Positions 14,907-29,581 are shown, counted from the stretch's first letter. The stretch: DNA of 64,000 nucleotides from Octopus vulgaris (GCA_951406725.2 OX597831.1:21886001-21950000); one strand, 5' to 3'. Notes: generated by a model from the letters alone, not told the origin. A program made the numbers and translations.

Positions 14907-15707
14907 CCTATCTATCTATATACATGTGTGTGTGTATGAAACTATATTTGTAAGTATGCATGAATGTGTGTATATATGTATGGGTTTATGTGTTTGTGTA
15001 TGCCTGTGTGTGTATAAAAATGTGTATAATAATGTGTGTATGTGTCTGAGGGTGTATTTATATATACATATATATATATATAAACAATATTACAACAGAA
15101 TTGACGACGGTGCAATGTAAATTAGATGGACCGTGGGAAACGTTGAAGTGTCTATATATATAAAACATATACTACGGCCCCCCGACCAAATTTTTTAACG
15201 TACAACACTGATAAACTATCAACAGTATGGTAAATATCACAGAAGCAGCCGGCACAATTTAGATCCGTAAGTTGAATGGAATCCGCACGACTAAACATAT
15301 ACCGACTGGCTGGCTGGCTGGCAGCGTGTGTTGGTTGGTTGGTGAGAGAGCATGGGTGGTTGACTGTACGGTTGGTGGGCTGGCTGGCTGGTTGGCTGGT
15401 TGGTTGGTTGGTTGTGTTGATGGGCGCCTCTGTCCTCTCTATGCTCACGTTTGCTTGCATCTCTCTCTCTTGGTCACCAGCCTCGTCTTCCCACTCCCTC
15501 GCTCTCTCTTACTTTCGCTCTTTCTCTTTCACTTCTCTCTGCTTTTTTTACGTTCTCTTTTTCCACCTCTTTCTCTCTCTCTCTCTCTTTCGCTTTCTCT
15601 CTATCTAACTATCTATCGCTTTCTTTCTTTCTCTCTTCCTTTTGGCTTCTTCATCTACACTTGTTCTTCCTCGTCGTCACCATCGTACCACCTCTGTGTC
15701 ACACTTG

Positions 15708-15781
<74 letters not shown>

Positions 15782-15863
15782 TTTAGCTAAGTGTTCATAT
15801 ATAATATTCGCGTAACTTTTCACGTTCAGCTTCTTCGTAAGTTTGTGTCGGCACATATGTTTA

Positions 15864-15922
<59 letters not shown>

Positions 15923-16004
15923 GCACATACATACACGCACATACACATTTTATTTGTTATACTAATGTGATTTTAAACATATATATATATACATACAGAT
16001 AATA

Positions 16005-16306
16005 ATAAGTGTAATATTAATTAATTAGTAATTAATAATTTTACCAAGCAGTGTTCAGTATGTAAAAAGACCATTTACGGTATATTTAAAACATTACTTT
16101 ATATAATTAGGGGGGGTTCAGCAAAAAAATTTACTTTACCACACACCGAACTTTTAGAAATAGCAGCCAAAGAATTTAGCTATTTCCTCTACTGTAAGTC
16201 TGGGAGACTCTTCTTATAGTAGAGGAAATAGCTAAATTCTTTGGCTGCTATTTCTAAAAGTTCAGTGTGTGGGAAAGTAAATTTTTTGCTGGACCCTAAT
16301 TATATA
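16005..16306 (-). mobile_element. Fold-back element A carrying the GGCUGCU structured motif
   Basis: Inverted arms 16100-16198/16213-16306; gaaatagcagccaaa at 16157-16171; P1 16053-16063/16141-16151. Confidence 0.75.
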
Positions 16307-16370
16307 TACATACAGATATATATATGAAGCTTTATTTGTAGTTATGCCTGTATAGTTATACACACACAAC

Positions 16371-16404
<34 letters not shown>

Positions 16405-16449
16405 ATGAACCTATATTTGTATTTATGCATGTATGGATATATACACACT

Positions 16450-16870
16450 CTTTTTTACTCTTTTTACTTGTTTCAGTCATATAACTATGACCATGCTGGA
16501 GCACAGCCTTTAGTCGAACAAGTCGACCCCAGGACTTATTCTTGGGAAACCTAGTACTTATTATATCGGTATCTTTTGCCGAACCGCTACCTTACGGGGA
16601 TGTAAACACACCAGCATCGGTTGTCAAGCGATGTTGTGGGGGACAGACACAGACGCACAAACATATACACGCACATACATATATATGTACATATATACGA
16701 CGGGCTTCTTTTCAGTTTCCGTCTACCAAATCCACTCACAAGGCTTTGGTCGGCCCGAGGCTATAGTAGAAGACACTTGCCCAAGGTGAGACGCAGTGGG
16801 ACTGAACCCAGAACCATGTGGTTGGTAAGCAAGCTACTTACCACACAGTCAGTCCTACGCCACACAGCCA
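16450..16870 (-). mobile_element. SINE family 1
   Basis: Full family consensus blocks. Confidence 0.9.
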
Positions 16871-16873
16871 CAC

Positions 16874-16908
<35 letters not shown>

Positions 16909-17034
16909 CTTTACTATCCACAAGGGGCTAAACACAGAGGGGACAAAGACAGACAAACAAGTCGATTACATTGACCTCCAGTGCGTAACTGGTACTTAAT
17001 TTATCGACCCCGAAAGGATGAAAGGCAAAGTCAT

Positions 17035-17290
17035 CGAAACACGCAACGAGTCGAAACAGGGGCAGCTGAAGAAGGGGAATGTCCCTTGTATTGTCTGTCT
17101 TGTACTCTGTTTTTTCGTTGTTAAAAAAAGTTCGTTTCCTTGTTTTGTTTTTATGTTTTCGTTTCTCGTTGTGTTCTACGTTTATTTGTGGTGTCCTGTA
17201 CCCATATACGCATATATATATATATATGCATATAGATGTAGGTATGTACATATATGTATGTATGTATGTATGCATATGTATTATTTATTA
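17035..17290 (+). mobile_element. Element Z copy fused to a truncated SINE-2 tail (16905-17034)
   Basis: Diverged reverse complement of 6397-6650. Confidence 0.65.
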
Positions 17291-17317
17291 AATTGTTATT
17301 ATATATATATATTTACA

Positions 17318-17351
<34 letters not shown>

Positions 17352-17904
17352 AATATATATATATATTTACATTTATATATTTATATATATATATATGTAA
17401 ATATATATATATATATATATTTACATTCATATATATGTATATATACATACATTTATATATGTATGTACGTGTGTGTGTACATGCTTGTGTGCATGTATAT
17501 GTATGTGTATGCAAGCTCGTGTGTAAACTTAGGAACGTATGGGAGTGTGAACGGCATCTGAAGTGTAAACGATACAAAACAGTAACAGGACCGAACCACA
17601 CCATCGGTGTTCGATCTTTGGACCGTTCGCTGAAAGATAAGTGATGCACACTACAAACACATACACACACACACAAACGCACGCGCACACACACACACAA
17701 ACACACACACACACACAAACACACACGCACACACAAACACACACACGCACACACACACACAAACACACACACAAACACATACACGCACACACGCACACAC
17801 ACACACGCACGCGCGCACACACAAAAACATACATGCACACACATAAACACACAAACATACACACACAAACACACACACGCACACACATACACACACTCAC
17901 TCAC

Positions 17905-18016
<112 letters not shown>

Positions 18017-18386
18017 ATACGCATATAGATGTCTGCCATAATGTTCCGGCCTGCTTGGTCTCTCGCACAGGTAAACCGCAACTCCAAAACTATCGTTAGT
18101 ACACAGGGATATGCTTTATGAACAATTTAACATGCTGCGAATCGAACCTGCAGCCATCAACTTCCCCGGTGTAAGGAACCCCCGCGCGCGTACGCGCCTG
18201 TGAAATTATGTAAACCGGCAGTTTAAGAATAAACAAACCGAAAGATTACACAATACCTGTTAGCTGAGTACATATGTATTAACCTTCACACGTTGAAACT
18301 TGGCAGTAACTTCGAATTTTCCGTTTGTTCGTCGTCACCATACTGCCTGTTGTATATGTGAATGCGTATATATATATATATATATC

Positions 18387-18437
18387 AGCTTCCTGATGAT
18401 TTCATTTGAATGAAACAGTTCTAGTCCCGTAGAAGCT
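18387..18437 (+). ncRNA. Type I hammerhead ribozyme motif
   Basis: Stem I agcttc/gaagct; CTGATGA; stem II ttca/tgaa; GAAAC..GTA cleavage triplet at 18429-18431. Confidence 0.7.
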
Positions 18438-18519
18438 CCTTCTATAAAATAAATTAATTTACTCTGCTATGTATTGAGTACCTTATTTACTGTGGTTAAC
18501 CCCGACTCAACCCGGGACC

Positions 18520-18595
<76 letters not shown>

Positions 18596-18818
18596 TATCT
18601 TGTTGTTTGTTTTATATGTTTCAGTCATTTGAATGCGGCCATACTGGAACTCTGCTTTGAAGAATTTTCTCAATACTTCCTCTTTTTTCTTTTTCTTTTT
18701 TTTTTTTTTTGCTTTTTCTTGAAAAACCTAGTACTTATTTCATTGGTCTCCTTTGTGGAACCGGTGACTTACGGGGCCATAAACACACACACACATGTAT
18801 ACATATGTATATATGTAT

Positions 18819-18900
<82 letters not shown>

Positions 18901-19200
18901 ATTATAATTATAATTAGAGGCAACGGAGTGGTACCACCAAGCTAGAAATAGCAGTCAAAATCTGACTTTATAACCACATCAAGTCCCGTAAAAATACACC
19001 GGTCCCGTAAAAATATTTGATGTCGCTTTAGAGTCAGTTTTAGACTGCTATTTCTGGGATGGTGGTACCTCTCCGGTACCCTAAATTATAATTATAATTA
19101 TATCATTATATAGCCATAATAATTATTACCTATAAAGTCTTTTTTGTCAATGCTGGCCACTTTATATGAACGGTATTTTAAAATAATGGTCTTATACTCC
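18901..19200 (+). mobile_element. Fold-back element B carrying the GGCUGCU structured motif
   Basis: Imperfect arms 18901-18982/19016-19100; gactgctatttc at 19043; P2 ggtacc/ggtacc 19064-19080; gctggccact at ~19152. Confidence 0.65.
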
Positions 19201-19224
19201 TTATATATAGTCTTTTAGTCTCTT

Positions 19225-19672
19225 TATTCTTTTACTTGTTTCAGTCACTTGACTGCGGCCACGCTGCAGCACCGCCTTTAGTCGAGCAAATCGACCCCAG
19301 GACTTATTCTTTGCAAGCCCAGTACTTAATCTATCGGACTATTTTGACGGACCGCTAGGTTACGGGGACGTGAACGCACCAGCATCGGTTGTCAAGTGAT
19401 GTTGGTGTGGGGACAAACACAGACAAACAAACATGTACACACACATACATACACACAAACACACGCACACACACACACACACACATACATATATATATAT
19501 GTATATGTTACGGGCTTCTTTCAGTTTCCGTCTACCAAGTCCACTCGCAAGGCTTTCACCAGCCCGGGACTATAGTACAAGGCACTTGTACCTAAGGTAC
19601 CACACAGTGGAACTGAACCCGGAACTATGTGGTCTTAAAGCAAACGTCTTCCCACAAGGCTACGCTTGCGCA
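19225..19672 (-). mobile_element. SINE family 1
   Basis: Family consensus blocks with internal CA/TA tract. Confidence 0.85.
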
Positions 19673-19716
19673 TACAAAGATACATACATAAACACTTACA
19701 CGCACGGAAACACACG

Positions 19717-19758
<42 letters not shown>

Positions 19759-20095
19759 AACACGCCTCTACTCACACTCATTTGTATATACAGGCATAGC
19801 ACTTCATTGATTTTTTCTGATTCCAAAGCCCTTCTTTGTTGCTGATAATTTTTCCGAACCAGAGGTGGTCGTACGTTAAGTCAGACAACTATCACGTTGT
19901 TGTTGCATAATTAACAGCAATACATGTTCCTGTACATTAGTATAAATAATACATGTTTATTAATGTTCTGCCGTGCATGGTACTAGTAAATAAGCATAGC
20001 GGCCGCGGAAATTTGGAGTTCCTGCTCGTAAATTAGTGCAGATTTTAGAAGGTTCCGGGCCATCAGTGTCCGGAAAGCCGGTGTTATATGTACAC

Positions 20096-20130
<35 letters not shown>

Positions 20131-20255
20131 TGTATGTATGTATGTATGTATGTATGTATGTATGTATGTATGTATGCATGTGTGTGTGTGCAATGTATGT
20201 ATGTATGTATGTATGTATGTATGTATGTATGTATGTATGTATGTATGTATGTATG

Positions 20256-20294
<39 letters not shown>

Positions 20295-20295
<1 letters not shown>

Positions 20296-20695
20296 ATCCA
20301 AACAAGAAAACACAAAAAAAACAAAAAAAAAAACACAACAACGCGAGGACGTGGAACAAATAAAGTATTATTGGACGCTCAGGAAAGAAGGGAAGAAGGA
20401 GGGTTTAACGTTTCGAGCGGCGCTCTTCGTCGGAAACATAGGAGAAGGAAAGATCCCGAGAAGGGAAGACAGAGGAAAAAAATCCCTATATATATGTATA
20501 TAGGGAGAATTCACAAAAAAAAAAACAACAAACGACGAAGACAAGTGGTGTAGGCAATAAGCAGATGTATTAGTTTAGCGCTCCGAAAATGAAAAAGTCT
20601 TTAACGTTTCGAGCCTAGGCTCTTCCATAGAAAGGAACACAGAAAGAAACAAGGAGGGAAATAAAGAATGTGTAGTGGCTAGCGATCTATCATGG
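20295..20695 (-). mobile_element. Adjacent elements Y (20295-20487) and X (20500-20695), each with a minimal hammerhead-like motif
   Basis: Minus strand gttt-CCGACGA-A-GAGC-gcc-GCTC-GAAACGTT-aaac (20403-20437) and cttt-CTATGGA-A-GAGC-ctag-GCTC-GAAACGTT-aaag (20599-20634). Confidence 0.65.
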
Positions 20696-20772
20696 CGAAT
20701 ATATATACACACACGCATATGTGTGTGTGTGTGTGAGTGTATGTATATGTCTGTGTGTGTGTACCTATCTAT

Positions 20773-20823
<51 letters not shown>

Positions 20824-21197
20824 CCTATCTATATGTTTTTTTTTCTTTTATTCTGTTATTAGTTTCAGTATTTGACTGTGGCCATACTGCGCCTTTAGTC
20901 GAATAAATTGATCCCAGGACTTATACTTAATAAGTCTGTTACTTATTCTATCGGTCTCTTATGCTGAACCGACGTTTTTCGTGTTTCTTTCTGTTTCCGG
21001 CTACCAAATTCTTTCAAAAGGCTTTAGTTTGCCTGAGAGTATAGTAGAAGTGGCTGGGAAGCAAACCTGTTACCACACAACCACCTATATATGGGAATGT
21101 GGTGCAAACAGAAAAATTAGAACTCAAAACATGAGTATATGTTTTTTATTAATATTTAGCAGAAACTATCGGACCCTGAGTTAATCTGTTGCTTCTG

Positions 21198-21345
<148 letters not shown>

Positions 21346-21449
21346 TGTATGTATGTATGTATGTACTTATGTATGTATTTGTATGCATATATATATAGAT
21401 AGATAGATAGATATAGCTCTTCCCTCTCTCTCTCTCCCTATATAAATAT

Positions 21450-21710
<261 letters not shown>

Positions 21711-21747
21711 TATATTTATATACATATATACACACACACACATATAT

Positions 21748-21778
<31 letters not shown>

Positions 21779-22334
21779 CATATATACTATATATACATAC
21801 ATACATACAGAGAGAGCAGTCATCTCTTCCTCATATATGTTTCATTTGGTTTCATGCATAATACATCCGAGCATGCATAGACGCTCCTTCGTTCATCCCA
21901 CGCTCGAACGACGTAAGATCCGGGTTGTGATAACTGGGAGAAGCAAACACCAAACATAGGGCGAGAGTCCTCCTCCAGTATTCATAATTAGTTATTTATT
22001 TCCTGCTGATTAGAGTTTAGCAGTGTAAAATGAAGGAAGTTAGCTCACGTATATCAAATGGAACCCGGCCTAGCAATCGAACTTACGACCATGTGAACGT
22101 AAGCTTATCGTTCCTAACTAGAAGGCAAAGCTTTATTCTGATGTAGGCACAGATGCGTATGTGTGTGTGTACGTTTGTGTGTGGTTTCGGGTTCAATGTC
22201 ACTGCTCGGCGCTTGCCGGCTTGTGTCTTCTACTATAACCACAATGTCACAGACCGATTATTGTTTTACGAAGTGAATAACTGAGATTGATAAACGAAAA
22301 CTATTAAGAAGCCCAGATATATATATATATATAT

Positions 22335-22700
22335 CTCATTTACTCATTTACTTGTTTCAGTCATTTGACTGTGGCCATGCTGGAACACCGCCTTTAGTCG
22401 AGCAAATCCACCCCAGGACTTATTCTTTGTAAGCCTAGTACTTATTCTATCGGTCTATTTTGCGAACCGGTTGTCAAGCGATGTTGGGGGGATAAACGCA
22501 ACACACAAACATACACACACACATATATATATATACATATATACGACGGGCTTCTTTCAGTTTCCGTCTACCAAATCCACCCACAAGGCTTTGGTCGGCC
22601 CGAGGCTATAGTAGAAGACACTTGCCCAAGGTGCCACGCAGTGGGACTGAACCGGAAGCATGTGGCTGGTAAGCAAGCTACTTACCACACAGCCACTCCT
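22335..22700 (-). mobile_element. SINE family 1 (internal deletion)
   Basis: Family consensus blocks. Confidence 0.9.
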
Positions 22701-22741
22701 ATATACATATATATATATATATTTGTTGTGCAATATTTTTT

Positions 22742-23146
22742 ATGTGAAATCGTGTTGAAACAGATATTATTGTATTTCGGGATGGTCATTTTGCCAGTTT
22801 AGCCAATGATAACACACGCACTATATATTTGGTGTTACTTTGCTTCAGTGTTATTTATTTTTTACATTAAACTTAATCTTATTTTGGTCAGAGTTCTTTC
22901 GTCACACTCCTGTGACCGCATCAGTGGTCCTTTGCTTTCTTCTTTCTTTTTTGTGTGTCTCTCCTCAGCCATTTTGTATTTCTATTGTCTGTGTCTTCAT
23001 TTGCGCATGCGTATATCTCTATGTGCGTCTATGTTTAGTTAGTGTGTGTGTGGGGGGGCTGTAATATTTGTATCTTCTGTTTATATACGTTCGTGTAATT
23101 TGTTTTTGCTTTTGTTTATTCTTATTTTGTTCATGTGTTTACATCC

Positions 23147-23218
<72 letters not shown>

Positions 23219-23277
23219 CATTATTATCATTATTACGTATGCTTGTATGCATGTATGTATGTATAACAACAATACTA

Positions 23278-23346
<69 letters not shown>

Positions 23347-24435
23347 TTTTAAAATTAAAAATCAAAAATTAAATTTTTTAAATGTATATAGTTATTTACT
23401 TCCATTTGTTTATTTATCTGTGTATTTTATTTTATTATGTTTTCAGATTTGTTTATATTGTAACCAGTTTATGGGGATCCTGTTCTGTCATATGTTGTGG
23501 TGTGTGTGCTAGTGTTCCATTCCAGTTTCCTTTTCAGGCTACGTTTATCTTCTATTATGTGTCGAGCTTCCGTAATTTGTCTGATTGTTGCGTCTGTTCT
23601 ATGTGTGGACAAGATTTTAACTTTTATGTTGTTGATTGAGCCCCCGTGTTCCTGCTCGGTGTGTTGGTATAGAATCGATGAGCTCTTTCCTTCCTTAAGT
23701 TCTCTCCAATGAACATTTATTCGCTCTCCTATGCTTCGTGCCGTTTCCCCTACGTATGTCGTTGTCTTGTTACTGCATCGTCTCTCTATACATCTTATAC
23801 CATAGACTACATTTCTGGCTTTACAGTTTGTTTGTGGGCTAAATCTACACACAGTACAGTACCTATCCGTACAGGGGGTTCTACTAAAAGGGTAGGTTCT
23901 ACCGATTATGGATTTGATAAGGTTGCCTGGCTTTTCAACAAACTTAATCCTTAGCTTAAGTTTGTCTAGGGTCCTTCTAAAGCGGTACGCCACTTCACCT
24001 CTAGGGGTGGTGTCAACGAACATGACACTCTGGTATTTGTGGCTATCATACCAAGAGTTGGTCTTCCCTATTTTCTTTTTTGTCCTTTCCATAGTGTTCC
24101 ATGTCTTGCTCCTATAGAGTGGGCAAATCCCATTCCTATCATTACATAAGATAGTATCAAATTTCTTCACGCCTCGTTTGTATACTCTGATCCTTTCTTT
24201 ATGGCTGTAACCTGAGAACTGCATGCGGTGAACGAAATGTTGTACGTGTCTCTAACTCTGTAGACTCGCACATGCGGGGCACATTCCGCATTATTCTGAC
24301 GAAGTCTGCCATCAAACCTAAGTTTAATGTAAAAAATAAATAACACTAAAGCAAAGTAACATCAAATATATAGTGCGTGTGTTTTTATTGGCTAAACTGG
24401 CAAAATGACCTTTCCGAAATAAATACAACATCATA

Positions 24436-24438
<3 letters not shown>
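22742..24438 (-). mobile_element. 5'-truncated Penelope-like retroelement (probably Naiad-type) with 3' pseudo-LTR and inverted terminal copy
   Basis: ORF remnant with GIY-YIG; 22761-22878 is the inverted copy of 24319-24436; hammerhead-like motif at 22886-22930; flanked by (TA)n. Confidence 0.85.
23469..24316 (-). pseudogene. PLE ORF C-terminus: RT thumb, CxxxxCxxC linker, GIY-YIG endonuclease
   Basis: MQFSGY..PLYRSKTW..WY..VMFVDTTPRG; CTDRYCTVC; NVVYGIRC..C..YVGETARSIGER..H; H..EH; RQITEA. Extends upstream through a frameshift near 24250 (MADFVRIMRNV../HVQHFVHRMQFSGY). Confidence 0.9.
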
Positions 24439-24471
<33 letters not shown>

Positions 24472-24475
<4 letters not shown>

Positions 24476-24665
24476 CTCAGTCGAAGTCGACTCTCGGTTA
24501 CTCGTTGGATCAGTGTCCTCCAGTCAGTTCTATCCTGGGCCGCTTCTTTCAGATTGGCTATGTCCATTCCGGTATCACTCTTGATGGTGTCAAGCCAGCG
24601 GGTTCTTGGTCGGCCTCTTCCTCTTTTGCCACTGACCATTCCGAGCATGATGTCTTTCTCCAGGG
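24472..24665 (-). pseudogene. RTE-clade LINE 3' end
   Basis: MLGMVSGKRGRGRPRTRWLDTIKSD...AAQDRTDWR is the typical RTE C-terminal motif. Confidence 0.85.
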
Positions 24666-24667
24666 AT

Positions 24668-24700
<33 letters not shown>

Positions 24701-24953
24701 TGTTTCAGTCATTAGACTGGGGCCAAGCTGGGGCACCGCTTTGAAGAGTTTTAGTCGAACGAATAGACCTCCCCCTAATTTTTTTAGTTTTTTTTTTTTT
24801 TTTTAAGCCACGTACTTATTCTATGGTCTCTTTGGCCGAATCGCGAGTTTCGGGGACATAAACACACCGATAACGATTGTGAAGATGTGAGCGGGGGACA
24901 AACAGACTCTAAAAATGCACGCATGTGTACATATACATATTTACATACTCATA

Positions 24954-25033
<80 letters not shown>

Positions 25034-25037
25034 AAAT

Positions 25038-25179
25038 AATTATATATAAGGGCGTTTTTTAAGCACCTGCTTTGCTAAAAATAGGAGTCAAAACGTTTAA
25101 TTTTTGTGACTTCAGAATGTTTCGACTCCTACTTTTAGCAGACCAGATGCTTAAAAAAGCGCCGTTATTATATATAATT
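25038..25179. mobile_element. Fold-back element C (truncated member of the GGCUGCU motif family)
   Basis: Arms 25038-25098/25116-25179; ctaaaaataggagtcaaa variant of the motif. Confidence 0.6.
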
Positions 25180-25687
25180 CGACTATATATATATAGTAGA
25201 AGCTATATATATATATAGACAAGCTTCTTTCAGTTTCCATCTGCAGTCAGACCACCATGTGAACGTAAGCTTTGGTCGATTCGCGAATATAGCAGATGAC
25301 AGTCAAGCTTACTCACAGTGGGACTGAACACGGAACCATATGGTTTGGAAGCAAACTTCTTACCAAACAACCACGTCTGCATACATATATATACATACAT
25401 ATATATACATATATATATATATATAGTGTAATAAATAAAATATATGCATACATACAAACATATATGTACGTACCGACATCTACATGTATATATACATGCA
25501 TATATAAATATATATACGTACAGGACATCACAGGAACATATATATATATACATACATATATATATGTACATACATATATATATATATATATACATATGTA
25601 TACATATACATATATATATATATACATACATATATACATATATACATATGTATACATATACATATATATATATACATACATATATAC

Positions 25688-25720
<33 letters not shown>

Positions 25721-26306
25721 CATATATGTATACATATACATATACATATATACATATATACATATACACATATATACATATACACATATACACATATATA
25801 CATATACACATATACATATATACATATATACATATACATATATACATATGCATATATACATATACATATATACATATACACATATACATATACACATATA
25901 CATATACACATATACATACATACAGACAGACATACAGACATGCATGCAGACAGACAGACAGACAGACAGACATACAGATAGATATGTGTGTGTGTATGTA
26001 TAATAATAAAAACTAGTTTATTCTAAGTGACGGGATATAGCTGTTATTTGAACTGCTATAAATACATACATACATGCATAGACACACATACGTATACACT
26101 CACGATTGCGCGCGTGTATTATAATCCTTTCTAGTATAGGCACAAGGCCTGAAATTTTTGGGGTGGGGACCAGTCGATTACATCAATCCCAGTGTTTCAC
26201 TGGTACTTAATTTATCGATCCCGAAAGGATTAAAGTCAAAGTCGACCTCGGCGTGTGTATAATAAAAACTATTTTATTCTAAGTGACGGGATATAGCTGT
26301 ATACAT

Positions 26307-26541
26307 ACTCTTTTACTCTTTTACTTGTTTCAGTCATTTGACTGCGGCTATGCTGGAGCACCTCCTTTTAGTCGAGCAAATCGACTCCAGGACTTATTCT
26401 TTGTAAGCCTAGTACTAATTCTATCGGTATCTTTTGCCGAACCGTTAAGTTACGGGGACGTAAACATATCAGCATCGGTTTTCAAGTGATGTTGGTGGGA
26501 CAAACACAGACATACAAACACGCACACATACATACACACAC

Positions 26542-26572
<31 letters not shown>

Positions 26573-26736
26573 CGACTGGCTTCTTTCAGTTTCCTTCTAC
26601 CAAATCCACTCACAAGGTTTTGGTCGGCCCGAGGCTATAGTAGAAGACACTTGCCCAAGGTGTCACGCAGTGGGACTGAACCCGGAACCATGTGGTTGGT
26701 AAGCAAGCTACCTACCACACAGCCACACCTGCGCCT
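26307..26736 (-). mobile_element. SINE family 1, full length
   Basis: Family consensus blocks. Confidence 0.9.
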
Positions 26737-26773
26737 ATACATAGATACATAGATACAAACATACATACATACA

Positions 26774-26804
<31 letters not shown>

Positions 26805-27199
26805 GTGCATACGCACACACACATATATGCAAAGAGAGAGTGGGAAAGAGATAGAGAGAGACATGGAGATTGACAGATACACAGACAAACAGACAGATAA
26901 AAAGTAGTGCGCTCTATATGTCGTATGTCCTTTTCTTCTCCATTTTCCATGTGTGCGTGTGTGTGTGTGTGTGTTTGTCTTGGGTTTGTCCACCACGCTA
27001 CCACATGGCAACCTGTGTCGGTTTGTTTACGTCTCTGTAACTGCTACCTTCGCCAAAAAAGCTGCTTATAGCTGACGTAAAGTAAGTAACTATAAGTACT
27101 GAATCGGTGGTGCCCCAGCATGGTCGCAGTGCAAAGACTGAAACAACAACAACAACAAAGAAAAAGATACATGACAGCAGATATATGCACACACACTCA

Positions 27200-27233
<34 letters not shown>

Positions 27234-27309
27234 GGTAAGAAAAGACACACACACTAAAATCAACATCCGTCACCCGTCTGTCTCTTTCACTTTCACTCTC
27301 TACCTGTCT

Positions 27310-27328
27310 GTCTTTGTCTGTATATCGT

Positions 27329-27360
<32 letters not shown>

Positions 27361-27505
27361 TCTTTCTTTTTCTCTTTCTCTCTTTCATTCTTTATTTTTT
27401 CTGTCTTTTTCTTTCTTTCTTTTTTCTCACTTTCTTTCTTTATTTCTTTATTTATTTTCTCTCTCTCTTTCTTTATCTCTCTTTCTCTCTCTCTCTTTCT
27501 GTCTC

Positions 27506-27536
<31 letters not shown>

Positions 27537-27537
27537 C

Positions 27538-27568
<31 letters not shown>

Positions 27569-27575
27569 CTCTCTT

Positions 27576-27607
<32 letters not shown>

Positions 27608-27671
27608 TTCCTTTCTTTCTTTCTTTCTCTCTCTCTTTCTTTCTTTCTTTCTTCCTTCCTTTCTTTCTCTT

Positions 27672-27716
<45 letters not shown>

Positions 27717-27725
27717 ATCTTTCTT

Positions 27726-27772
<47 letters not shown>

Positions 27773-27914
27773 CTACGCTCTCGTTTTCTCTTCCAGTGAT
27801 GCTTTAATTTCCCTGTCAATATCTGCCTCATCTATTTACACCTCTCCCGCGCTTTAGTCCCTCCCCCTTTCTCGCTGTCTTCATCCTTATGCATATATAC
27901 GCGTATGCAGATAA

Positions 27915-27947
<33 letters not shown>

Positions 27948-28270
27948 ACACATACACACACACACACAGTCAATCACCCGCACAGCCACACATCCATGCA
28001 ACCACACGCAAAGACTTCCACTCACACACGACCATTCATACAACATGCACAGCCACATGCACAAACACAAACAACAATCACACACACACACACACACACA
28101 CATGGACACAACAGACTCACACACAATCCCCACACAAAGACATACACATACACATACACACACAACCACGCGCACACGTACATAACCACGTGCACAGCCA
28201 CAAACAACAATTATCACACAACCAAAACCGAGCACAACGCCATACACACACACACGTACACACACATATG

Positions 28271-28327
<57 letters not shown>

Positions 28328-28733
28328 CCATTAAGAAACGAGTATCACTGCTCTGTTTCTACGTGGTTCATTCAGCCTGCTAGAAATAACAGCTAATCTT
28401 CTCGCAATCGCACTATTCTCTGAAATATTGTGCAATTCTGATTATCGCGAAGGTCATGGTAGGAATGCTTTTGATGATACAGATGCCCATTCAGTACCCA
28501 TTTAGTGTTCACTTGGGGCTGAATAAAACACAAACAAATACACAAACACTCACAGGTACACACGCACGCGCGCACACATACACAGACACATACACACATG
28601 TACACACATGTACACACACATACACATACACACGCGCAACACATACACACACACACACACACACACAATCATAGCTACACACATACTCACTGGTACACAC
28701 ACACGCGCATCCCCACACACATGCACGCGCAGG

Positions 28734-28764
<31 letters not shown>

Positions 28765-29400
28765 GCACATACACTTGCGCGCATACACATACACACACAT
28801 ACATATACACACATACACTCTTACACACATATACACGCATACACACACACGCACTCACAGGCAGACACACAAACACACATACACATAAACACACACGCAC
28901 ATAAAAACATGCACATATACACACACGCACATACACATGCACACACACACACGCACACACTCACACGCACATACACTTGCGCGCACACACATATACACAC
29001 ACATACACATACATACACACACATACATACACTATTACACACATATACACGCATACACACACATGCACTCACAGATACAACACATAAACACACATGCACA
29101 TACACACACACATGCACATACACACACATGCACATACACACACATATACACGCATACACACACATGCACACTCACAGATACACACACACATACACACACA
29201 CGCACACACACACACACACACTCACACACACGCACGCACACAGCTTCACACAGTCACAAACACGGATATAAACACACGTGCATACAAAGTCACGCACAGA
29301 ATTACACCCTCCCAATCGTACACACAGACACAATCACAAACACACACACAAACACACACACAATCTCTCTCACACGCACAGACGTAATCATACACACGTT
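27310..29400. repeat. ~480 bp (CTTT/CT)n polypyrimidine tract followed by ~1.5 kb degenerate (CA)n
   Basis: Directly visible. Confidence 0.9.
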
Positions 29401-29581
29401 TTCATTTCTCACCTCCTCTGTTTCTATATCTTTATCTCTGTTATTCTGTTATTCTTTTATTCCGTTATTCGCTCTCTCTCTCAAAAGTCCGTTTTAGTAT
29501 TTCTTTCCATTGCCGCGCTTTTCATCCTGCATCGCGGACACGCTCGTCAAACAAACAAAGCACATACACACACACGCTGAA

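Noticed and set aside
16140-16175. Twister, pistol or hairpin ribozyme reading of AAATAGCAG
   Set aside because: Only a short word is similar; the required loops, pseudoknots and helix connectivity are absent, and wobble polarity favours the other strand.
23469-24316. Selenoprotein-type PLE (UGA recoding, SECIS)
   Set aside because: No in-frame TGA at Cys positions in the surviving fragment and no SECIS recognised.
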